Assembly (NCBI GenBank): GCA_965198235.1
Contig: OZ240248.1
Coordinates: forward strand, 768,001 to 832,000
Direction: 5' to 3'
Source: Candidatus Poribacteria bacterium
Lineage (GTDB): Bacteria; Poribacteria; WGA-4E; WGA-3G
DNA length: 64,000 nucleotides
Shown here: piece after piece, positions 42,684-50,657 of the stretch
Layout: every line of letters starts with the position of its first letter
Numbering within the stretch: the first letter of the stretch is position 1
Made by a program: the position numbers and the translations under genes
Notes under the pieces: model-generated
Databases searched by the model: none
What the model was told of the DNA's origin: nothing
The model's input: the letters and a program-made list of their open reading frames with translations, nothing else

Positions 42684-42921
42684 TCTTTTTAACTATGGGC
42701 CCCTGGTCACTGATCCATTACATTCCGCAGTGGTGTCTGGTTGATTCCGACGTGATTCGGAAGATGTACGGTTTTAAGGAAATCGCGAACTGGAACTCGC
42801 TCCTACAAACGTACATATCTTTAATTGCGTTGGGATTAATCAGAAACCATTGTGGAACATTGTCCTGCAAGCCTCTATAGGCTTGCACAAGGAACAATGC
42901 CCAGGAGTAATAAATTAAAAA
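42684..42921. repeat. Long palindromic element family copy
   Basis: TTTTTAACTATGGGC..TCCATTACATTCCGCAGTGG...CAGAAACCATTGTGGAAC..GCAAGCCTCTATAGGCTTGC..GCCCAGGAG..AATTAAAAA-ATG. Confidence 0.7.
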
Positions 42922-43956
42922 ATGGACTGGACTGTTTTTGGTTGGGCAGGCATAGAACTGGAAATACCCACGACATGGGAACTTAGTGGACTCAGCGGAG
43001 ATCAGAAAACAGGATATCTCCGGCTTGACGATGCAGAGATGCCTCGCCTTGAACTCAAATGGGCGCACACCCGACGCAAAAAGCCAGACCTTCATGCGAC
43101 GCTCGACGAATACTTCAAGTTGATTCGCAAGACTTATAAGAAAGGCACCGAACTCTCCTTCCGCCGGAACGTTAATTTCATCAAAGAAGATGAATTCTTT
43201 AAGGGACGCACCGTTCTCGGTTTTAGTTGGAAGGGGAGTATTCGCGCGAATGGGTTGATTTTCCACACCGGGAAACGGATTACGATCGTGCAGGTGATGG
43301 GACGGCTCAAGGAGAATTGGCGCCCCACGGTTCTTCGGGTTTTCGAATCAATTACAGACCGTGGAGACGCACCATTGACACTGTGGAGTGCTTACGGGCT
43401 TAAGTTAGGTGTTCCAAAAGAATACAAGTTGGAACGTCAGAAATTGCTCAGTGGGTACCTGTTGTTTACCTTCGTTGCAAAGCCTGTCCGCTTTCAAAGC
43501 GCAGTACGGCTTGCGAAACTGGCAAGCAACCGTCTACGGAACAATGGTTTTGTAGAAGATTTAGATACTTCTCCACCCGACAAAGGCCGGCTTAGCGTGG
43601 AACGGTACGGACCAGCAGAGGTGATGTTGAGCGACTATAAAGACGCTCCAAACCCATTAGAGGCATGGTTTCGCGCCAAATACACAAAAGCGATTCGTGG
43701 CTACGGGTTTGAAGTAACATCCGACATAGACTCAGAAGATGAACGTCTGACACTCATTGGACAACAGACACGGCTTTATGATGGGGTCCCACTTACACCG
43801 GTGTTGATGCTTGATAAACTTTCTAAACGTACAACACTTGTGTTTCATCTATGGCGATGCAATCATTCCAATCGTATCTATGTCATCCAGTCCATCGGCA
43901 GTACCGATGCGCGTTCGACCGTCCAAAAGGTTGCTGAAAGTATTGAATGCCACTAA
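42922..43956 (+). CDS. Hypothetical soluble protein with an internal two-fold repeat
   Basis: FGWAGIELEIPTTWEL...GYLRL and WSAYGLKLGVPKEYKL...GYLLF. Confidence 0.75.
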   Translation: MDWTVFGWAGIELEIPTTWELSGLSGDQKTGYLRLDDAEMPRLELKWAHTRRKKPDLHATLDEYFKLIRKTYKKGTELSFRRNVNFIKEDEFFKGRTVLGFSWKGSIRANGLIFHTGKRITIVQVMGRLKENWRPTVLRVFESITDRGDAPLTLWSAYGLKLGVPKEYKLERQKLLSGYLLFTFVAKPVRFQSAVRLAKLASNRLRNNGFVEDLDTSPPDKGRLSVERYGPAEVMLSDYKDAPNPLEAWFRAKYTKAIRGYGFEVTSDIDSEDERLTLIGQQTRLYDGVPLTPVLMLDKLSKRTTLVFHLWRCNHSNRIYVIQSIGSTDARSTVQKVAESIECH

Positions 43957-43967
43957 TAGTTATAAGT

Positions 43968-44030
43968 TCTCAGTTGTCAGTAAGAAAAACGTCTCTCTCT
44001 AATAACCGAATACTGAAAACCAACAACCGT
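43968..44030. repeat. Degenerate heptamer-repeat hairpin spacer
   Basis: TCAGTTGTCAG ... CTGAAAACCAACAACCG. Similar to 45396-45525 and 58553-58690. Confidence 0.4.
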
Positions 44031-44065
44031 ACATAAAAGATTGTTCATTCCAGACCCATTAAAAG

Positions 44066-44539
44066 ATGTTGAACAGAATTCTATATGCTCTCAAACTCAA
44101 GAAACGTCCGGATATGGACCGGACTCGGGTGATGAAGTCGTTCCCTGTTCGGAACCAGTTGATAACCTGGGAAATAGACGACAAAGGCGAAGCCTCACTC
44201 GTTGTTCCACAGAAAGACAAACTCTGGATCCGACTCGCCAGTAAGCTTTTTATGCTCCCGAATAAAAGGGTTATTGTATTAGATTCCATCGGAACTTATG
44301 TGTGGCAGATGTGCGACGGTAAGCATACCATTTCGCAGATCATAAAGGGGGTCCAAAAACAGTACCAGTTGACTCGGAAAGAAGCGGAAACGTCCCTCTT
44401 TACGTTTATGCAGCAGCTTGGCAAACGGAATTTTATAGGGTTCGCCATTCCTAACCCTCAACAGAACGCTCCTGTAACGCCCGAACCTGAACCTGAACCT
44501 GAAAAATCGGGACTCTTTGGGTTCCTGCAGAGGCGGTAA
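44066..44539 (+). CDS. Stand-alone PqqD-family (RiPP recognition element-like) protein
   Basis: IVLDSIGTYVWQMCDGKHTISQII...YQLTRKEAETSLFTFMQQLGKRNFI. Confidence 0.88.
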   Translation: MLNRILYALKLKKRPDMDRTRVMKSFPVRNQLITWEIDDKGEASLVVPQKDKLWIRLASKLFMLPNKRVIVLDSIGTYVWQMCDGKHTISQIIKGVQKQYQLTRKEAETSLFTFMQQLGKRNFIGFAIPNPQQNAPVTPEPEPEPEKSGLFGFLQRR

Positions 44540-44581
44540 GCCGTATCCTCATCGGAAACTTAGGTAAAATAGGAGAAAAAA

Positions 44582-45394
44582 ATGAATATACCAACAGAAA
44601 TTGGCGATGTTAGTGCAATTCTCGCCGAAACACCAGGAAAGTTCCAACGCGTCCTTCCAAAGGAAAATACAGTTCGCGTCCGGAACCTTATCAAGCGATA
44701 TGAGATGGGAACGCAGACCGTGGATGCCCTCCGCGGTGTCAATTTCCAAATCCAACGCGGCGAATACATTTCTATTATGGGTCCCTCCGGTTCAGGGAAA
44801 TCGACACTTTTCAATATGATTGGTGGTTTAGACAAACCGACCGAGGGGAGAGTTTACATTGACGAGGTGGACATCGCACAACTTGACGCGTACGAACTCG
44901 CGTGGCTCCGCTGCCGAAAAATCGGCTATATCTTTCAATCGTTCAACCTCATCCCTGTTATGACTGCACTCGAAAACGTCTCACTTCCGATGATTTTCGC
45001 CGGTATGAGTGCAGACGAAAGTAGAGAGAAAGGCGTTGACCTCCTTACACTCGTCGGATTGGGTGACCGCGTGCAACACAAGCCGTTAGAACTCTCCGGT
45101 GGACAGCAACAGCGTGTCGCAATTGCACGTTCGCTCGCAAACGACCCTGCAATCGTCCTCGCTGATGAACCGACAGGAAACTTGGACACTAAAACTGGAC
45201 TCGAAATCATCGCCCTACTCCGTCGACTCAATGCTGAAAACGGCGTAACCATCATCACCGCAACGCACGACCACAAAATGTTAGATGTCTCCGACCGTAT
45301 CTTCCACATGGCAGACGGTAAGGTGGACAAGATCGAGGGGCGCGATGAGATCGACCTCCACGTCGGTAAATTAGACGGTGAAGAAGTCGGATAA
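44582..45394 (+). CDS. ABC transporter ATP-binding protein, LolD/MacB type
   Basis: Motifs GPSGSGKS, IGYIFQSFNL, LSGGQQQRVAIAR, ADEPTGNLD and ATHD. Confidence 0.95.
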   Translation: MNIPTEIGDVSAILAETPGKFQRVLPKENTVRVRNLIKRYEMGTQTVDALRGVNFQIQRGEYISIMGPSGSGKSTLFNMIGGLDKPTEGRVYIDEVDIAQLDAYELAWLRCRKIGYIFQSFNLIPVMTALENVSLPMIFAGMSADESREKGVDLLTLVGLGDRVQHKPLELSGGQQQRVAIARSLANDPAIVLADEPTGNLDTKTGLEIIALLRRLNAENGVTIITATHDHKMLDVSDRIFHMADGKVDKIEGRDEIDLHVGKLDGEEVG

Positions 45395-45395
45395 A

Positions 45396-45525
45396 CAGTT
45401 GTCAGGTATCAGTCGTCAGCTAAGAGGTTTTCGGTATTCATAAATGATATGGGTGAATCCACACAACTCTGAATTGATAACTGATAGATAACCAATACGC
45501 CGATAGCCAACAGCCAATTAACCAT
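45396..45525. repeat. Degenerate heptamer-repeat hairpin spacer
   Basis: CAGTTGT-CAGGTAT-CAGTCGT-CAG ... CCGATAG-CCAACAG-CCAAT. Confidence 0.5.
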
Positions 45526-45529
45526 CAAA

Positions 45530-46651
45530 ATGACTATCTACAAACGCTTAGGCATTCCTACAGTCATCAACGGGAACGCAACGCTCACACGGCTCGGTGG
45601 TTCGATTATGCCACCTGAGGTTGTCGCGGCGATGGCAGACGCTGCCAAGCACTTTGTAGACATCATCGAACTCCAAAAACGGGTCGGGGAAGAGATTGCG
45701 AAACTCACCCACAACGAAGCGGCGTACGTCTCCTGTGGTGCCGCCGCCGCCTTGACACTCAGCACTGCCGCGTGTATCACTGGGCTTGATGCTGACAAGC
45801 GTGAAAAATTGCCTCACCTTGATGCGTCAATGAAAAGTGAAGTCATTGTGCATCGTCATGGCCGTGTCGGATACGATTTCGCCGTTCGGCAGGTCGGTGT
45901 CACATTTGTAGAGATAGGGGACGAAAACGGAACGACGCCCGACGAGTTAGAAAACGCTATTACCGAGAAAACCGCCGCAATCTTCTACTTCGCAAATTTT
46001 CTTCGCCAACACCTCTGGGTGTCTTATGAAGAAGCCATCGCGATTGCCGAAAGGCACAACGTCCCTCTCATCGTTGATGCCGCTGCACAGTTACCACCCC
46101 CAGAAAATCTTTGGCGTTTCACGCAGATGGGTGCTGATTTAGCACTCTTTAGTGGGGGAAAAGGTTTGTCCGGACCGCAGAGTAGTGGGTTAATCGTCGG
46201 AAAAAAATCGTTGATTGAAACTATCGCCTTCAACGGACCACCGCACCCTTTCATCGGCAGGGGAATGAAGGTCGGAAAAGAGGAAATGGTAGGTTTACTT
46301 GCCGCTGTCAAATGGTACTTGGATCAGGATCACGACGAATTACAGAAATCTTACGAGGATCAGGTTACCTACTACGACGAAGTGTTCGCGGACATCCAAG
46401 GCGTTACAGTACACCGTAGCTTCCCCTCCGAAGCCGGACAACCGATGCCGCGCACCGAAATCCGATTTGATGAGGAACAACTCGGCATCACACGGAACGA
46501 AATCCTTCAGCAACTCACAGAAGGTGAACCCTCCATTGACATTGCAGGCGCAGGTGCAAACGGCGTAGTTATCAACGGACAAACGCTAATGCCCGGAGAG
46601 GTAGAAATCATCGCTCAAAGATTAAAGGAGATTTTAAGTAGCGTAGCATGA
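45530..46651 (+). CDS. SelA/DgaE-like PLP-dependent enzyme
   Basis: Motifs VINGNATLTRLGGS, VDAAAQLPP, FSGGKGL.GPQSSG and GRGMKVGKEE. Confidence 0.88.
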   Translation: MTIYKRLGIPTVINGNATLTRLGGSIMPPEVVAAMADAAKHFVDIIELQKRVGEEIAKLTHNEAAYVSCGAAAALTLSTAACITGLDADKREKLPHLDASMKSEVIVHRHGRVGYDFAVRQVGVTFVEIGDENGTTPDELENAITEKTAAIFYFANFLRQHLWVSYEEAIAIAERHNVPLIVDAAAQLPPPENLWRFTQMGADLALFSGGKGLSGPQSSGLIVGKKSLIETIAFNGPPHPFIGRGMKVGKEEMVGLLAAVKWYLDQDHDELQKSYEDQVTYYDEVFADIQGVTVHRSFPSEAGQPMPRTEIRFDEEQLGITRNEILQQLTEGEPSIDIAGAGANGVVINGQTLMPGEVEIIAQRLKEILSSVA

Positions 46652-47358
46652 AACTTAACAACGGTATTCGCCTGACATGGCTCGGACATTCCACCTTTAA
46701 AATCGAAACAGACGGACAAACCCTCCTCATTGACCCATGGGTGACAAACAATCCGGTATGTCCGGATGCCCTTAAAACCTTTGACGCGCTCGACGTGATA
46801 CTCATAACACACGGGCACGCCGATCACATCAGCGACGCGGTACCACTGGCGAAAAAACATACACCGACAGTTGTGTCTATCGTTGAAATCGCAGGATGGC
46901 TTGGTAAACAGGGTGTCGAGAACACGATTGGTATGAATAAGGGTGGCACTGTCACTGTCGGCGACCTGAAAGCAACGATGGTCTCAGCAAACCATAGTAG
47001 CAGCTTCACAGAGGAAAACGGCACGACAGTTTATTTGGGTGAACCCGCAGGCTACGTGATTGAATTCGGAAACGGCTACAAAATTTACCACGCTGGGGAT
47101 ACGAACGTGTTCGGGGACATGCGAATTATCGGTGAGATTTACCAACCCGACCTCGCGTTACTCCCTATCGGCGACCATTTCACGATGGGACCGCGTGAAG
47201 CCGCCTATGCCGCGCAATTACTCAACGTCCCAGCGATTCTGCCCATCCATTATGGCACTTTCCCACTATTGACAGGAACGCCCAAAGAACTCCGTAAATT
47301 GACGGCATCTCAGGATGTGGAAATTATTTCATTAGAAGTTGGGGAAATCTTAGATTGA
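46648..47358 (+). CDS. Metallo-beta-lactamase-fold hydrolase (UPF0173-like)
   Basis: Motifs WLGHST, IDPW, THGHADH, YHAGDT, LPIGD.FTMGP and PIHYGTF. Confidence 0.92.
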   Translation: MKLNNGIRLTWLGHSTFKIETDGQTLLIDPWVTNNPVCPDALKTFDALDVILITHGHADHISDAVPLAKKHTPTVVSIVEIAGWLGKQGVENTIGMNKGGTVTVGDLKATMVSANHSSSFTEENGTTVYLGEPAGYVIEFGNGYKIYHAGDTNVFGDMRIIGEIYQPDLALLPIGDHFTMGPREAAYAAQLLNVPAILPIHYGTFPLLTGTPKELRKLTASQDVEIISLEVGEILD

Positions 47359-47426
47359 GGCAATTTTTTGTAGCAAAAACTGTTAGTTTGTGCCCTACAA
47401 GGTAGCATATCGAGGAAAGACAGTTT

Positions 47427-50400
47427 TTAAAATTCTCTTTCCTCGTCAACCCTTGCGCGTTCAATGTCCTCTTCCAACTCCTCTATATATTTATCAAGCC
47501 ACTGTTTGACATTTTTGTCGTCTTCGTTGACTCGAATACGAAGGAACTTTTCTTTTTTTTCATCCAAGTGCAAACTACGAAGCCCCATCCACATCTCTGT
47601 TGAATAATTGGCTTGTAGATTGTCGCGAACATCTTCTCGATCGCCGTAACGAGCGAGGAACGCACGCATTAGGGAATTCGGCCATTCATCCGCTGAAAGG
47701 GTTTTAGGAACGAGTCTGTAGGCGAAATACCATGCCCGATCTTTTACATCCCTATCAATCCACTCCCAAATTTTTTCATGTGGAATTAAGTTTAACGCCC
47801 CTCTTTCATCCGTTGTTGAGAAAGGCTCTTTGGAATCCCCCTCTTTAAGCCACTCCTCTAAGAAAAAGTCACGTTCTTCTAGGCGTTTACTAACATGCTT
47901 CCAAACTTGCTCCGGATATCGTTTCGTCAACTCAGTCAGCACAGAGCATGTTTCTGTGTCGAATGCGCCAAAAATGGTGCCTTCCGTCCCAAAATGAGGG
48001 AATATTTTTTCGATAAACTCTAAACCTTTTTCTGGATAAAGGCGTAGGAACGCTTTCGCGATCTCTGTCCAATAGCGCTCTGTCATGGAGTTTAACTGAT
48101 TAGGAATCAAGTTCTCAAACGCGGCTGGACGAACAAGCAATTGGAACGTCAGGTCACACGGTAAAGCCAGCCGTTGTTTGCCGTAATCATAGTAGAAATA
48201 ATACAATTTGAGTGCAATTGGTACGGCTGAGTTGTCTGAACAACTCAACAGAAACGTAATCCATTTGGTGAAGACTTCATCCGATAAATTATTTGTTACA
48301 CGACTATCGAAGAAAGATGCAAAGGAGTTGACGTGCATAATCCCTTCTTCGGAAAGTTTGAGAAGACGCAAGCCCGCTCGGTCTGTTATGCCAGAACGAT
48401 ATGTGAGCTCTGGGATTAGTCCATTTAGCGTGGTATCTTCAACCAATACATCAAGTTGTTTTTCCCATTCTGCTACGTTGCCCTCAAAGAGTGCTCGGAA
48501 ATAACCACCCAGAAAGAACGCACTTGCATTGTCCCCTGCCTTCCGCTGGGTATCAAGAAGTGTTGGGAGCATCACAAAGCGATTGTCTTTTTTCCCGAGT
48601 CGATATCCAAACGCATATCCATTGTGAGCCTCGGTTGTAACGAGCCATGGTAACTCCGATTGTAATAGGGATGGATCAGCGATAGCTTGTTCGGCAAGCA
48701 CGTGAATTTGTGGATGTCCCTCCTTGAAGTAATTTTCGTTTTCGTCAACGACATCTATAAGTAGATTCATCCCAACGTACCGCCGCATCATGGAATGAAA
48801 GTCAGATCCAATCAATTCATCTCTGAGGTGCTCCCAACGTTGTCTTATGTCGTCGGGCAGATCCTTGCTATCACGACGAAGGAACTCAACAACAGTTTTA
48901 ACAAGCAATCTGTTATCAACATAAACCTTTTCGGCGAGCATCCGAATTGTGTCAATCACCATATTACTTAGATTCGGTCGCCTTGCAATTCGAGGGGCAC
49001 GTCGCAGCAAAATACCTACAGCTTCTTCACGTTCATCCTTCGGCAAACACTCGAATTGTTCCGACAAAAGTTGCCATACTTGACGGTAAGCATCAAAAAG
49101 TTCGCCGTATGTTTCGGGATCCCAAAAGTTGGCATCCTTGCGTAACCCTCGATACTCTGCACCAGACATCCGTGAAAAATGGTCGAACTCCAGTCCTTCA
49201 TTGCATGCTTTCAGTGCAAGAAGTCGTCGTTCTTTCGACCCAGATTCAAATGCTTCTTTCAAAACTGGTAACCGTTCCGCCGGGGATGCTTCAGTTGGAG
49301 CAACTCTGCCATGTCCTAACGAAAAGAGACCGGCAAATACGCCGCTGGCATTGTTTGACCAACTTTCATTCTCTGCTTCGCCGAGGGCAAGAAGCAATCG
49401 CGCGGCATCAACAAACAGGTCGCGTTGCATAGCAATCTTTTCCAATGCCCATACCACATCCCTTCGCCCGCTTGTGAATTGGAAAAGTGCATCCCTATCC
49501 CAGGTCCCCATCGTACGCATTAAGCATTCTAAGGCAGATTTGGGATCCGCTTCAGTCAGTGCGAGAAAAAAACGGCTACCCAACCTCGTCTTCAGATATT
49601 CACCGTCCTGAAAAGGCCCATTCGGACCGAGAAGGTTCCTGACAATTCTTAATGCAGGTTCTGATTCAGCGGCGTACTGAAACATTTCATGGAACCACTC
49701 AATCAATTTGGATCCAGGAGGCAAACCTTGTGTAAAGGTTTCAAGGTCAAAAGAGGCTCCGTAAATCCGCCACCATTCCACCCATAGCTTGATATGGAGT
49801 GCTTTTAGTGTAATGTAAAGCGTAGACTCGCCTTGAAGGATTTTGCGTTTCTTCAGATCATCAACAATTTTCTGAAATCTGCTCAAGGGAATCGGGGGGT
49901 TCGCTTCTTGAACCTTCTCAGCGATTGCTTGAGCGTCTCGGAATCAATTCACTCTGCGATTGACCTGGGAAAAAAGGAAATCGCATAGTTCCATCTTGAG
50001 ACCAGCTCTGATGTGTTTGAAAGTTCAATCCCCCGCGTTCATTCACCCATAATGCCAAAGATGGAAACATTTGAAGAAAACCGATTAAAGTGTTCTGGCT
50101 GCACACCTCAACTTTGGGATGCGAATAACCACACTGCTTTAGAAAATTCTCAATGTGTTCGAGAGTATCTCTACGTTGGGAATCAACCAAGTCTATCCCG
50201 GTGCAAACCAAAACATAAGTGCCATCATCAGTATCAAGACAGGCACGTATACTCTCGCCAAGGTTCTGCCGGTCAGGAGGTTTTGTACCGAAGAACTCCT
50301 TTCTAATCACCGATTTTTGCCACGGTTTAAACGATGCCCCCGCTTTAATTTGATAACTCGTTTTGCCCAGCTTAATTATGCCGCCCCCCGTCGCAATTTG

Positions 50401-50592
50401 AACGTCATCAACAGTAGCATCGACACCACCGTCCGGGACATTAACCCAACGAGAAACGTTAATCTTGCTAATTTCTATACCGAGCCGGCGCGCTTCCGCC
50501 CAAAGCAATTGCTGGAAAAATTCAACCGCTGTGTTCTGATTAAGCCGGGTAAGGTCTTCATTCCTTACGGCAAAAATAGTATCGTAGTTCAT
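47427..50592 (-). pseudogene. Avs/STAND-like antiphage gene: N-terminal PD-(D/E)xK-like nuclease and helical C-terminal region, central NTPase apparently deleted
   Basis: ORF 49918..50592 has PDGGVDA...YQIKAG and ORF 47427..49886 is long and helical. The two are joined out of frame near 49945 and no Walker A motif is present. Confidence 0.55.
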
Positions 50593-50657
50593 GGGGCAAC
50601 TCCGAAAATTCAGGATATAAACAGGATACCATATTTTGTAGTATACCGAAAATTTAC

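Noticed and set aside
44066-44539. PQQ biosynthesis or a classical RiPP cluster
   Set aside because: No pqqA/B/C/E, radical SAM, YcaO, lanthipeptide or lasso enzymes, and no convincing precursor peptide nearby.
45530-46651. True selenocysteine synthase selA
   Set aside because: It is short (373 aa), lacks the SelA N-terminal domain, and has no selB/selC/selD nearby. It fits the SelA-like/DgaE group.
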